This document shows, in pieces, positions 50,250-64,000 of a DNA stretch of 64,000 bases. The DNA comes from Octopus sinensis (Eukaryota), in assembly GCF_006345805.1 (NCBI RefSeq), contig NC_042997.1:60884001-60948000 (forward strand), read 5' to 3'. The position numbers were made by a program, and so were the translations under genes. The notes under the pieces were generated by a model that searched no databases, was not told where the DNA came from, and saw nothing but the letters and a program-made list of their open reading frames with translations. Numbering within the stretch: the stretch's first letter is position 1; each line of letters begins with the position of its first letter.

Positions 50250-51340
50250 TGCTATTAAAGATTCTCATATAAAAAAGCATTTGAGTTTCTTTGGCAATGG
50301 TTTATCATCTTCATTGTCCTCACTGTCTCAGCTGTCTCCAATGAGAACTTAATCTGCAATTTCTTCTTCTGTTAACTTCTTCTGTATTTTCTAGCCAATT
50401 TCTAATGTTGCCTTCTCCAACACCTCTTTCATTTGCTGCCCTCTTAAGTAATGAGAATTTCTTACTTAGAATCTTTCAGAATAGTAATTTACATCCACAT
50501 TGTACAGAAGTTTTCCTTAACCCTCTATGAAGCTGCGAAACTGAATATTGCAGACTTGAGATTACAGTTCTTAGGGTAACGGTGAGTGTTTCATTCTCAT
50601 GTGTCTTCTTTAAACTTTTCCTCTTCTATCAACAACTTCATTCAAAAATCTTTGTTGATGTAATCTGTTACAAGCTACAATTATGCTTTAACAGAGAGGC
50701 TGGAATTGTGAAGGTAATTCTAGATGGCAAGAATATGCCACCTAGGATTGCCTTTCCCATCATTATTGATCATCCAAGTGTGTAGGTATGGCATCCAATA
50801 CTTAACGCACCTTCATCCCTATCAGAACGAAGTTTGAGGACATCTTCCTAGTATTCATGCATTGTAGAAATGAAAGGTAAGAAGGACCAGACATTAGATA
50901 TGACTGTTGAACTACAACTTGAAAAGATAACAATGCACTGCTAACTCATATATTACATCTTTCACATCTTGTGAGCATAATGATCTCTCACCTTCACTAA
51001 CTTTAAAAGATGCATATCATCTGCATTTGTGCAACACAACACTAAAAAAACATTCCTTACTTCATTTAGAACCAGATAGTGGTGACTTCATTCTGAAAAG
51101 CTTGAATATTCCAGAGAACTTATTGTCAATACAACTCAGTTTTAATCACATTATGCACTTCAGAAATTAGGATCCATTAAATTAGTTAAAATTCTTTCTG
51201 AATTGTTTAATTTCCTCAGTTAGTATGCTGTTTGTTTCATCAGGTGTAAGTTTACTACTTATTCTATGGTAATTTCCAAATCACCATGACCATCCATCAC
51301 TATCTTGAAATTCTTGATGCCCTGTTTAAGTAATACTCAA
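50250..51340 (-). pseudogene. pogo/Tigger (CENP-B/TIGD-like) transposase fossil
   Basis: Ordered frameshifted motifs: EFQDSDGWSW (HTH), NIQAFQNE, VLCCTNADDMHLLKL, VLDAIPTH, FLPSRIT..QPLC.SII, NIRNWLE, LTEEEIAD. Confidence 0.75.
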
Positions 51341-53129
51341 AAATAAACATAGGTTACTTTGAGCTGACTTAGTTTTTGTTTCTGTACATACATTTTATTA
51401 TGATAAAGTAAACTTTATTAGACAGGTGTGTAAAAGCAATTAAGAAAGAGTAAGTCATATGTATGTAAAAGGCTGAATATAGAATATTAGAGAGAACGTA
51501 AAAGAAAATATTAAAAAAACTGGATATGTACTAGTGAAATGTCATTCACCATTAGTCCTTATTTCTACTACTCTCCTATTATCCTACCATATTTCCCATA
51601 CATATAACGCAACAAGCTGTCAAGTGTAAAGTGCTACCTCAGGACAACTTGTATATTTCATATCAGGGACCCAAAAATTTAACTTTCCATCATGACCTAT
51701 GATTATATTATTGAATGATATTTATGATGACTTTACTATTTTTAATGGATATGCAGCACTCATCTAGAATATACACTGTTACAACACTGATATCCAAAAA
51801 TAATGGCAGATATCAAAACTGACAGTTTCTCTCTTAACTTAGACTTCTCTGATGTTTAGCTAAATGGGGTATAATTTAATGAGGTTTTTCACTGCACCTA
51901 ATAATTACCTAATATATGCTACTTAACTGCTTTTTAACATGAACGCCTGTTGACAAATGTTAATATTTCTTTCAATATCAAGACTATATATTTTTAAGCA
52001 TACTGATTCTTTTGTTTTTTCATACCATATTTTAATAAAAACAAACTGAATATTGATTCATTACATTAATGAACTGAATAATAATTCATTACATTAATGC
52101 AAATTTATAATGGAATAAACTGAGACTCTAAGCTATTCATCTCCTTTTAAAAGACATAGCAATGTAAGCAAAGGAAAATGTTTACTACAAATAACTGAAA
52201 CTGAGATTGCTAATTTAACTTTTGATTTACTTCAGCTATTTAATCATTGATACATGATTTTTAGACTAAAAAAACAAAAGAGAAAGAGAGAATGAAAAAT
52301 ATGCAAACAGGTTAGAGTACTGTTTTTATTAGAATGCTGCAATGTTTTGATTTTTATATTATTGAATTCCAACACACGTCCAGCCTCCTTACAAAAACTC
52401 CACAGTTGTTCTTGGATAATGTCTTTAGATGTAATCAAAAACTTAGTAAACAGTATTATAAAGTCTCATTTAGTATGCAACAGATATCTGTCTTCTGTTA
52501 TTTCCCTTATGTATGACATCAGCTGCTCTCACAGATCAGCCATTCATATCCAGATTCTTCAGCTCTCAACAGAATATATCTTCACAAAAGACTTAGAATA
52601 AATTCAATGGAGAATGGGTAATCGTAACCAGTTATTTCTCTTGCAACTTTTCCTCTCCCAGAAATATAATATCTACCACTCCATGTTGTAATAGGAGACC
52701 AAACTACATTCTATATCTTAAGTATATGTAAATACAGTTTCCCTATGTGTTTTGTGTTTGCTTACATAAAATATAGATATATTCAAACTGTACAAACACA
52801 GAATTGTCTTACATTTACAAATATTTGTTCAATTAATGAAACAGTCAGGTTATAGATTCCTTTCTTACCAATCCCAAAACTCATGTAAATTAAATTTAAT
52901 ACATAGATGGACATGACCTTTTATATTTGCACATGTATTCTGATAGCTATGGTCTAATATGATAATTGATTGAGAGAATTCAAAGCAGTGATTTTGCTTG
53001 GTCAAAGATGGCAAACCTTTTTTACAGAAATCTTCAAGTCATTTTGAACTAACATCAATTCATACTTGATTATGTACAGTCAACCATGTATCTCCATGTA
53101 TCTTTTACTGTTTAGTCTGAAGAGGGAGT

Positions 53130-53500
53130 GGAGGAGTATGCCTATAAACTTTATGAACTCTTCAAGACATGTGTAATTGATGCTAAACTAGAAATTCTGC
53201 AGATCAACGTTTTCAGATGAAACATTCACAAAGGAGTTCTAGACAGCAAGAAGAGTTATGCAAATACTTATGTTAAGGTTTGGGTGGTGTAGGGATGATG
53301 AAAAGAGAAGTAATTGCATCATATGAGTTTGAACAGGTTCAGTGATTTCAGAGAGTAGAGACCACCACAGTTCAAGTAATAAAAGAGGCAGGAGAGGAGA
53401 CAGTATGTCAGGAGTCCAGTAACAATAGCATAAATTGATGAGTAAATGTGAGCCTACCAGGTTTTAATGTGGTCTAGAATTCCAGACATCAATTCCAGAC
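53130..53500 (-). mobile_element. L2-group (Crack/Daphne-like) LINE 3' fragment
   Basis: Minus strand HPYTTQ... and NVDLQNF...SIN-type C-terminal remnants. Confidence 0.45.
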
Positions 53501-54104
53501 ACATGTGGATAGTTTTTGCACACTATACAGGGTTAACAGTTGCTTTATAACTCTGAAATGTCTTTATACAACATGTTTTATTTATTCTCATCATGCATAC
53601 AAGTAAGCTATCATTTATTTGTAATATATTGCCATATCATCTGTTGAAGTATTAATGACCAAACTGCTTAGTAAATGCACATAAATATAAACTTGGTAGT
53701 TAGATTAAGTGAATTTGTGAAAATGTAATTATTCTCAGAGGTCATCTATATAACATTTTACACTTAATAGTGGAAGAAAGCACAAAATAACTAGTTTGAA
53801 TATTAAAAAGCCTAAGTAAGGTTAGTCATCAATAAATATTTTTATTTTACTTGGTTTGTCAATGTTCTAACTATTCTTTCACTTACTTAACTATCGATTA
53901 GTATGTGAATCGTGTCTCACAATAATTTAATGTCTCTAGGCCTAGTTTTTGTATGAAGAGAAATCATTTGCAAACTTTTCTCTTAAAGTTCGAACTGATT
54001 ATGTTTTCAATGCAGTTAATATTCTAAACTGCTAGTAGTAATGCATTTAAAATCATTAACCATTAGATTAATGCTGCTCTAAATAAAAATTTTATGCTAA
54101 CATA

Positions 54105-54270
54105 TCATTATCATCATTTAACGTCCATCTTCTATGCTGGCATGGGTTGGACAGTTTCACAGGAGCCGGCCAGGTAGAAGTCTACACCAGGCTACAGTGT
54201 CTGCTTTGGCATGAATTTATGGCTGGCTGCCCTTCCTAACACCAACCACCCATAGAGTGGACTGAATGCT
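54105..54270 (-). mobile_element. RTE LINE 3' tail
   Basis: catcatttaacgtccatcttctatgctggcatgggttggacag...ctgcccttcctaacaccaacc. Confidence 0.75.
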
Positions 54271-54624
54271 TTTTCTCATTGTCAGTTAACATAAAGTTAC
54301 AAAACCATGTAGCTGAAGATGCGTCAAAAAATTTAATGATATATAAAGTAGTGCTCCCTTACCATCTACTCATATACAAAGTGATAATTGCATCCTGGAT
54401 AATGTTAAGTTACAAAGATTTCTGCAGTTGGTTAATACTTAAGTTCTTGTTTATTTTCAAAACTGAAGAATTGCCTCCTGGATTTTGTTTTAATGTTTTG
54501 TTCATATTTTGCAATTGTTGTCTATCTATCTATTTATATCAACTTGGAGTGGATTGTTCTAGTGCTCTGACAGGAATCAGGACTTCAAATTTGTGAAATA
54601 TGAAGGTATAATCAGTAGTATGAA

Positions 54625-57506
54625 TAGCCATGTAGACAGCCGATTGCAACTGGGGGTGCTATCTTGATAGCTGGGGGTGCTGAACAGGGGTACAGACAAA
54701 AACCCCTACTTAAAGTGTGAAAGTGGACAAAATCCCAATGTTTATATTTTTCGGTTATTTTTTTTTTTTTTTTTTTTTACATTTCTTGACGCCTAGCCTG
54801 GCCAAAACTTCTAATATACTTCGTTTTTATTTTCATTTTACTTGTTGCAATCATTAAACTGAGGCCATGCTGGGGCATCACCTTGAAGAATTTTTAGTCG
54901 AATGTATCAACTCCAATATTTTTTTTAATGCATTTCAACAAGCACATAGTTAAGCCTAAAAGGTCTTTCCACATGCTAGAGATAACAGCCAAATCTTGAA
55001 ATGTTATTTTTATATAATTTCAAATAAACAAAAACAGAAACTGTGGTTGTAAAAAAAAAACACTTTCATACTTTAACTATGGGAGTTTGTTTGAGGGGCT
55101 TTTGTCTTAGGAGGCTTTTTTTCTAAGGATCTTTCATATTAAACCCGCTGAACAGAACTCTAAAAACTGTAATGCTTATAAAATTTGATTATGTCTCTGT
55201 TGTGTGGGAAATAGAACACCCACAAGGTAGAATGGATGGATTAGTCCACCAGAAAAATATGGTGGAGTAATGCCAGTGGATTGATGGAAGGTCGGCTGTG
55301 ACCCAACAGCTCATGAGCAATCTGTCGACTCAGGAGTTTGAGTAGGGTGAGCGGACAAGCATCTAGTACTATCTCTTAAACGGACTTAATATATTATTTT
55401 ATTACATCGTACGAGAACTGTACAACACAAGTCTCTCAAAAAAATTCAGAACATGAAATAAAATCAGGTTACATTTATTTAATACAACTGCAGTCTACGG
55501 CAACACAAGGCAAAAAATTTAAGAAAATCATCCTTGTCTATACTTGATTTGTATCTATTAAGGGAAGCAAGTATCATGAGGTTTCATTTTCACTGATGTT
55601 GGTAGTAGACTTGTCAAGGAAGAATATATACTATCGTTTTGCTTTGAAAATCTACTATCTAGGTTTCCCGAGCTTCCGCCGATGATCGTGAAATAAATTT
55701 TGTGGTGAAAGGTTATCCAGTCATCTTGTGTTGGTACCAGGGTTTCAACAACATAATCTGAAAAATGTCGGGACCCGCAAGCTTTTTGATGTATGTGTTC
55801 CTCAATAACATTAAATTGACTCATTTGTTTTAGAATCTCATCAAATATTAAAGAGTTTTCAGTTTGGTTATTTCACTCTTGGCAATCTTAAGAAGCCCAA
55901 GGCCATGGTGTATATCACATTTGTGACTCTGAAGCTGTTTGTCTACTGGTCTAATTATATGCAGAAATTTGCCAAGAACAAGGGTGTAGGTCGCATTTTT
56001 TGGAATTGTGCTGTAACATTCCATTGGCTTTGAGTCTTTCTCTAATGTGTACTGGAATAATTTCATAAAAAGACCACAAGGCTGCATGTCATCTTCCGAA
56101 TAAAGATCTTGAAAAGCTTCATTTTTGTTTCCTCAAAAAGGCAATTCGTTTGCACAAAGAAAATGAACAATATCAACAATGGAACTGATATAATAACTGT
56201 TTTTGCTCAACTGATCATTTTGCAAGATTGAAAACACGGATATTGTTTTGAATAAATGCTGTTGGCATTCCTTCCATATTACCACAGCTTGGATATGGGA
56301 TGCAGAGTTTGCATGCTTATTTAATTTTTTTTTCTTTTGCATGATTCACTTTTCATAAAACAAGTATCATCTTGAGTAGAAGTATTAAAGTGTCAACAAG
56401 CAAACCAAAACAAAGCTTTCTTTGAAAAAGAATACTCTAACCATAAATGACCAGTATGCCAGCTTGACGAGAAGTCACATCTCTGATTTCCATAAATTTT
56501 TGGATAAAATTTTGCTAGAACTGGCTGCAATGGTTGGCAGTCGACCTGTCCTAGATCATCCAATGAGGGTGTCAAAGACTTTGCAAGACCTCCCTTGAGC
56601 TGCGAAACTTTGTTTGCAATTCTCTTCTGTTTAGCATTATCAGATGAATCAGATTGGAAATTCAGTTCTCTTTTTCAGTAGTGATTCATTATTTTTGGGC
56701 ACTGATATTCGCAATAATTAATTCTAAGGTAGAATATTGTAGTAAGAGTAACAATTTCTTAAAATTTATGTATTTTAAAATTAAACTCGTAAGAGATTTC
56801 AGTTCAAGCAATATTTTTTTTAAAATTTATTCAAAGTTATGTTTTTTTTTAGTTAAACACAAAATGATTTCAGCTTTGTTCAAAGAGTAAGAAAAATTAT
56901 TCAGTGAAAGTTCTCACCTGAAAAATCCTTTCTGAATGTATATTTTAGGAAATTTTTTAAATTTTCTTTCCTTTTTCGCGAATAATAAACCTCTCTGACT
57001 AGTAGAAATAAAATGACATTTTAATGTCTGTCTCTCTTCATATATATATATATATATACGTGTGTAGTGATGCGTTAATTACCATAAATCTCTATACTTT
57101 TCAACAGCAATAACGACAATCACCAGCACCACCACTGCCATCGCCACCATGATCACTACCACAACAACAATTGACCCAGTGTCAGCTACACCTTAATTCA
57201 ACCCACAGTTGATGACCAGGTCAGCAGTAAATTCTACGATTACAATTACAGCTACAACAAACACTTTGACCAGCTCTAATTTACCCACATTTTCATATCA
57301 CAAACTACTAAATCAAAAGAAATTCAATTTATTGCATCTTTAGTGACTTGAGATATTGCTTATGAGAAAAAAAGAAGGCGGCGACAATGTATTATTTCAA
57401 AAGTGGATAAAGCAAATTCTCATACGGGAGGGAGGGGGGGGATTTCTGAGATTCTAACTGGGGGTGCTGAGCACCCCATAGTCCCCGCCCCATGGCTACA
57501 TGCCTG
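54625..57506 (-). mobile_element. hAT DNA transposon (TTF-zinc-finger/DUF4371 type), internally deleted
   Basis: Exact 8-bp TSD AGTATGAA at 54617-24 and 57507-14. TIRs tagccatgtagaca / tggctacatgcctg match 11 of 14. Subterminal actgggggtgct motifs at both ends. Confidence 0.88.
55558..56650 (-). pseudogene. hAT transposase N-terminal half, disrupted
   Basis: RCDFSSSWHTGHLWLEYSFSKKALFWFAC (ZnF_TTF), KHANSASHIQAVVIW, YYISSIVDIVHFLCANELPF (DUF4371-like). Several frameshifts; no C-terminal dimerisation domain seen. Confidence 0.8.
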
Positions 57507-59719
57507 AGTATGAAATGAAGTCCTTATATTATTCAGATGATTTTCAAGATACAATAGATAATTTATATTTAAGTTGTTTTAATAATAGTGCAATATGCTA
57601 GTGTAAAAAAGGAAGTTCAAGATATTTTGCAACAAATGGCTTTTCTCCTCTCTGCAAAAGATTGGCTGAATGCTTGTGTAAGGAAGTTAATAATACAGGC
57701 CATTGAATAAGGAAGACCTAGAAAAGGTATGGTGAAATGGGGCAAGAAGGGCTTATTAGATATGAAACATAAACTTGTATGAAAAGTGAAGCATAAATGA
57801 ATGAATATTAAAAGCATCAGTCAATATATCCCCTTCTGCCAAAAAGTCAACTGCTATTGTATACAAAAGAAAAAATAAGAATTGTGTATGCTAACAGTAT
57901 AAGGTACCTCTGGTAGAGAAATACCAAGGACAATATGGGAAGAAGGGATGAAGTTAGATTTAAAGATTTTGATTCTAACAGATGACACAAGATTAAAATG
58001 AAAATCAATATACTAAAACAAATATGTCCAACTCAAACCAGAATGAAAAACAGACATTAAATCAAAGACAACAAATGAAGACAATTTTCCATTTTTATCC
58101 AGTTTTGGGAAGCATTATCTGTATATAAAGTAACTTAGAGGACCATCTAAATGTATAAGAGAATCCTGCTGAACACTTGGTTTAACATATATTTAAGTTT
58201 TCCCATAAACTAAATTAAGTATCCTCACAAAATATACATAATAAACTTATTTTAAGCACCAATTCCAACATAGACTCTACAATCTATTTATCCATATCCA
58301 CCAATGAAAGAGTCTCTATGTATTTATTTGACTTGCAAGAAACAGTAGTTAGATTTCCCTGAAATTACAACATAGTATCTTAAAAACAAACACATTGGAT
58401 ACTGTAGTCCAAGACAAACTATATCTGAAAAAGGTAATGCTCAAACCTCCGTTGATCATTATTCTGCTAAATAAGGAGTGCTCTGAAGCTAAACAGTAAC
58501 AATAATAATTTGCCATCTCTAGATTTTCTATTGTCAACCGGATTACAGCATAAAACCTCTTGTTAAATAGCATTATCTGATCAACAAGGACAGAATATAT
58601 CATCAAAGATAATCTATCTTTTATGTTGATGCATTGCATATTTTATCAAATATTTCCTTGTAAAATGTAATCATTTCATCTGATTCTAATAACACCTTAA
58701 TGACATTATTGATATTTATATGGCTATAGACTGTGCTAATAGTGTCCCTTTTATTATCAACAGTGCGATTACTTCTAATAATATTAGCCAACAATTTCAA
58801 CACATCACTATAAACATTAATATTGCAAGTAGTGTAGTGGTTAATAGTGTGGACAACACAGTCATTCTTTACTCTAACATTCCTGGTTATTATGTATATT
58901 ATTGTTTCTCTCATTGCTATTGACTTTCATTATCATTATTTTTATGTTTAAAAGTCATTAGTGAAGGAAAGATAAATATCATCACTGAAATTACTGATAA
59001 GTTCACCTTTCAACCAATTAGGGCATTTAACCAAAGCTAATTTAATTTCATTACCTTTATTATGTTTGATAACATCATAAAATCTCTTTTGGATATATAT
59101 ACTTTTATAACTAGTATGTTATTTACTTTGCGAAAATTGATTATTAAAAAGCAATTTAAACCTTAAAATAGTCAAGAGAAACCGAAGCTTTTTATTGAGA
59201 GTATTTAAGAAAATATCATCTACATAATTGCCATATAAACTTTTTATTGTTTTAGTTTAGAGAAAAGGATTGTGCTTATAGTATTGGCAGGTCCTTTAAG
59301 ACCAGCAAGTTCAATGCCATTAATGCTTCTTTTAAATAGTTCTAAGTCAAAGTATATAAAAAGGGAGGAATTCCATAGGGCCAGCATTCTAGGGAAGAAA
59401 AACTGAGCATTGGGATTAGTGCAAATTCTGGAGGAGTAAACACAATATGACTAATAAGATCATCATTGTCATATTTATCCATTGAACGCTTTGTGCACTT
59501 AGATTATCTCAATAAAATATGGATGTAAACTCTTTTGAGTTTGGTGATGATTTGGGTTTCCATGATCTACATAGAAGACACTTCTTCACTATAATGGGAT
59601 TTTATTTATTTATTTGTTTATTTATTTATTCATTGACCATGAAAGGAGGAGAAGCAAAATTGACCTCAGAATGCATAGAGCCGGAACAAATACCCCTAAG
59701 TGTTTAATATGATTTTCTA

Positions 59720-60030
59720 ATGAGGCAGCTAGTTCATCAATGAGAAGAAGAGAGTTGAGTAAGGAAAGAGTAACCGAATGGAGATGGAATGAGAGACCAA
59801 AAAGCTTCACAGAGAAGAGACCACAGTAGTAGTGGTATGAAAAACAGAGAGAAGACAGTACATCAATCAGCCAGGGACTGAGACAGTCAACTGAGTAATC
59901 TACATCTGAATGTCGTATAGGATGTCTGAGTGCGTAATGGTAATACCATCCATTTGTGAGAACAATAGCCCATTGTGAGTGTCACTTGAGCTTTGTAAAG
60001 TGTCAGTAGTTCTGGCTCTAAAGAGGAAAG
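59720..60030 (-). mobile_element. L2-group LINE C-terminal fragment
   Basis: Minus strand QSLAD.CTVFSL then YHYYCGLFS, TQLSSSH. Confidence 0.5.
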
Positions 60031-61205
60031 TGAGTCTTTGTAATGCAGTATTTATTAGATTTGGTCTGTTAGAAAACAATAAATTTCATACTGTTTACTA
60101 GAATATACTGATAAAATAAGTGTGGCACATTAGTTCAGATAAAGATGTCAGAGTTCAGAGAAGAAAAAAATCTTAGTAGTTGATTAATATCTTTTAATAT
60201 AATTTTCTTCCAAAATATGTAGTATGGTGGAACATCAACTAAGGATGTTGAGAAGACCAAAATCATCACTTAGAATTATCACATTGATATAATTAATCAC
60301 ACATTTGAGAGAATTTTACAAATTCGGTCAATATAATGCCTCTGTCTGATCTGAAATCATATGGTGATTAAATAAGCAAGGTGAAGTGTGACAGTCTAAG
60401 CAGACCTATCCTGCCTTCTCTCCCTCTCTCTTTACATCTCTTCCTGCTTCTCTTTCCAAACTCTTTTTGCAAAGTTCTTTAATGATACTGCAATGATCCA
60501 GGGCATATAATCTGTTCAATACCTGATCAGAAAGCATAAGGAAAAAAATTTGTATAAATTGTATAAAAGATTATTGGTGTTCCAATTATATCTATAATAG
60601 AAACTTTAACAAGACTTATATCTATAGAGAGAAGTCATTATTATCTCTTTCACTAGTCACACTAATCACATACACCTTATTTTAGTATTACATGCCAGAC
60701 AGTAAAGTTATATTTAAACCTATGGAACCATGATCACAAATAGTTTTATATCACGCAACTGTAAACTTCTTGTTAGTATTGACAATACTCTGTGTATAAG
60801 TATACATCTGTTTACATTCTTTGTCTCTACAATTATTACTGTAATTATTGTACTATAATCGTATTTACTGTGAAAGATTAAAGGTCTGGTAATTCTTAGT
60901 AATATCCCTTATCCCTTCACATTCTGTGTTTAAACTGCAAGAATTGATTTTACTTTTTGTCCTCTTGAATTCAATAAAAAAATGTACCAACCAAATATTG
61001 GGGATCAGTTCAATTGATAATACAAATTTAGAGCCTTGTGACAATATAGGAAATCCTTCTTGTGGTATTTATTTCATTATATGTATTTTATTGCTTGTTG
61101 TTATTTTTATTTGATACATATGAACCACAACAGGTGCAAGTCAGGAAGCTAACTTGGTTTGCCCTCTTTGTAAATAATGATAAAATGAGTGGAATTTTGA
61201 ATATA

Positions 61206-62074
61206 CAGGGTACGATGGGTAAATTGTCACCATTTTATATTTCTAATTTCGTGCAAGCAAATTTTTTTTTCTTGATTTTGTTGTCTACATAGTATAGTAG
61301 GATTAGTTGGGCACTGTCTGTGAGAAAAACAGCACCACGACACAATTCCTTCTGCTAGAAATTTAGAAACAACATGCTGTACTGCTTGACATTCATGCCA
61401 GAAGCTCCAATACAAACATTTCAGAGTGTTTGGGTATCAATCTGAGGACAATACATGTACTGAGAATGATAAAAATGAAACATCCATTCAACATCACAGT
61501 GTTTGGTGTGATCACTAGTGATGGCGATGTTACACCTCCATTTATCTTCCCACACGGTCTCAGACTCAACACAGGCCTACAGGCCTGGAGGAGGTAGTGC
61601 TGCCCTGGGATAAGAGGGTGGTTGCTGGAAGAGCCTATGTCAAACAACTGGACTCTGCATCATGTCACACAAGTAGGAGAACCCAGTCATAGCTGTCAGA
61701 CAATTTCTGCGACCACATCACTGCTAACATCTGGTCACCTAACTCCTCAAACTACAGCCCCCTTGATTACTATGTGTGAGGCATAGTGGAGCTGAAGATC
61801 AATAAAGCTTTTTGTAACACTAATGATGAACTGATGGCAAAGATTATGGCAGCATTCACCAACTTAAACAAGGAGATGGTTCAGAAAGTTTGTAGGAAAT
61901 TCTGAAGTTGTCTGGAGGCCATGGTTGAAGCCAATGACAATTTTATTGAATAAATTTAATCTTTAGTATTTCAACATATTTTTATGTAATTTTGGTAAAT
62001 ATATCTGTTAAAATGTGATGTCTGTTATTTTCATTTTTGCGTAATTTAGATGACAATATATTCACTGCACCTTG
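61206..62074 (+). mobile_element. Tc1/mariner DD37D (maT) element, internally deleted, copy 2
   Basis: TA flanks, TIRs cagggtacgatgggtaaattgtca and tgacaatatattcactgcaccttg. Homologous to 32652-33680 with a different deletion. Confidence 0.85.
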
Positions 62075-62297
62075 TATATATATTAATACTTTTTTTATAT
62101 TATGTATAAAAACAATTTAATGTTAACCTGAAAGATACTCAATACTTTTTAATGGTGTACTTATTTATTAACTTTTACAACAAAACGGTTGACAGCAACT
62201 TTGAAGTTTTGACATGCTCACTTTCATCAGACTATCAAACAAAGCAAACAAACTGAAACTACAAAGTTAGTGTCAACTTTTTCCCTGTGGAAATTAA

Positions 62298-62445
62298 CAT
62301 CATCATCATCATCATCATCATCGTTTAGCGTCCGCTTTCCATGCTGGCATGGGTTGGACAGTGCAATTGGGGTCTGGGAAGCCAGAAGGCTGCACCAGGC
62401 CCAGTCTGATCTGGCAATGTTTCTACGGCTGGATGCCCTTCAACA
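62298..62445 (-). mobile_element. RTE LINE 3' tail, young
   Basis: (cat)n cgtttagcgtccgctttccatgctggcatgggttgg...ctggatgccctt. Confidence 0.85.
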
Positions 62446-64000
62446 CACATATATATATATATACATATAGGTAAGCGTTCACACACACTTGCATACATAA
62501 TTGTTTGTATGTGTATGTGTATATTTTGAGCATGTATGTGCATGTATTTATATAAACTATACAAGAGGTAGAAATAGAATAATTTCATAAGTGCCCTCGC
62601 ACAAAACTCTAGCCTCTTGACTCATTTATGTAGCTTGTCAGCAAGTAACTGTCTACCCCTATGGTGAGTTGATATGTGTGCTCCAAATTATACAATACAA
62701 TTGCTTATTCACAAATCAATGCAACTAAAGAAAATTAACTCATCAGATCAACAGAACATAGGTACATCAATGATTCAACTCTCGTTACCTTGCTTTGTAT
62801 TGCATTCAACTCTATGTTACACTTCTCTTTACTGGATCACTATGTGGTCTGTTAGCTGAGTCCATTAGAAGAGCTCTCTGTGATAGCTGCATGATTCTCT
62901 GAATCCATATTTTATATTATAAATTTTATATATTTGAATATATATATATATATAAACTATTTTCAGTCATAACATTGTTGGTTTCTAAGTGTGAATAAAT
63001 ATAGTTTATTAATTATTGATTTCTCTTAAAATGGAGGGAGAACTTAAACCATAACAGTAACAGTCTTAGACAGAACCCCAAAAAGAAAAAAAAACTTCTC
63101 ATTTGATGCATATAACCTAAAGTTTGTTCCATCTTATTCCATAGTGACAAGAACCATTTTTAATAGTTTTTTTTTTCATAATTAATTGAATAGCAGATAT
63201 TTTGTTTTATTCTGTTGTGCTAATAGATCAAAGTTTCTTTTCAATGCGCTAATTCTGTTTAAAATAAAATCTCTTAATTTTCTGTGTGACTATCGTTTTT
63301 TTCATTACTGTGATTTTAAATATTTCAAATTATTCAATATCTAGAAGCCAAGAGAATTATATTTCAGGGAAAGTGCCTGAAATACTTTTGACAAATTACC
63401 CATAAAAAATATATTCATATTTCCTATGTTTTTTTTAAAAATTCCAATTCAATAATGTTGTAAATTTAGCAAAAATAAAATGGTGAGCCTAAAATTCTAT
63501 TTATATTAACCTTTGGGGAATATAACACCAATAAAAATAAACCAAGGCTATATTGTCTTTTTTTACCATATAATTTATATTTGTTATTGAACATAATGCT
63601 AACATATATTTTGATGAAAGAGTTTACTGATACAGAATTTTTTTCCTTTATTCCACCCCTAAAGGAACTCAAATTGGACACATAAACAGCTGATTAAAAA
63701 AAATTGAAGTATATATTGTTCACATTTCTTTTTTTGGGATAAATTTAAATTCAATACATTTTTTTTTAACAAACTTAATAATAATATTTTAAAACAAAAA
63801 TGCAAAAGCTATTCAAGATATCACTAACACAGACAGAGCTGACTTAATACTTCTGCAAAATATAAATAAATAAAAAAATTATATTGTTTACGTACAAAAA
63901 CGAAACTAATAACTTGGAACCAAAATTATTTAAAAAAGACTCCAGCTTAATGTTATTTACATTAGAACTACATGCATAGGATTATTCCAGAATTAGTGCT

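Noticed and set aside
52330-52680. Higher-complexity block with several short ORFs
   Set aside because: Stops in all frames and no recognisable motif.
58349-58914. Two overlapping ~97-aa minus-strand ORFs that could be one frameshifted gene
   Set aside because: No recognisable domain, splice signals or element ends; consistent with AT-rich chance ORFs.
1-64000. CRISPR arrays, rRNA genes, intact tRNA genes, prokaryotic operons
   Set aside because: None seen; all tRNA-like segments are SINE heads or the PLE-embedded module and lack complete cloverleafs.

Overview
AT-rich, microsatellite-dense eukaryotic DNA. The SINE/RTE repeat repertoire points to an octopus genome (inference from recalled families, not searched). 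The window is almost all intron of a minus-strand Slo2/KCNT (Na+-activated K+ channel, Slack/Slick family) gene. Three exons join in frame with canonical splice sites: 48921-48883, 39623-39544 and 23468-23375, giving [72 protein letters not shown] fourth exon at 16871-16797 is probable. I could not find the first exon or the S2-onward exons in the window. The introns hold at least six Penelope-like (PLE) units, each with a recognisable type I hammerhead ribozyme. These include one PLE with an uninterrupted 804-codon RT + GIY-YIG frame, a ~505-nt non-coding retrozyme-like unit, and a 1.3-kb PLE palindrome whose terminal repeat has a tRNA-type Pol III promoter upstream of the ribozyme. Also present: two Helitron copies with different cargo, two DD37D (maT) mariner deletion derivatives, a hAT element with an exact 8-bp TSD, a pogo/Tigger fossil, a TTAA MITE, RTE, L2-group and R4/Dong-like LINE fragments, three tRNA-SINE types, a ~715-bp tandem duplication and several fold-back palindromes. 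Almost all ORFs in the supplied track are microsatellite or antisense artefacts. All calls were made by eye; no searches or folding programs were run.
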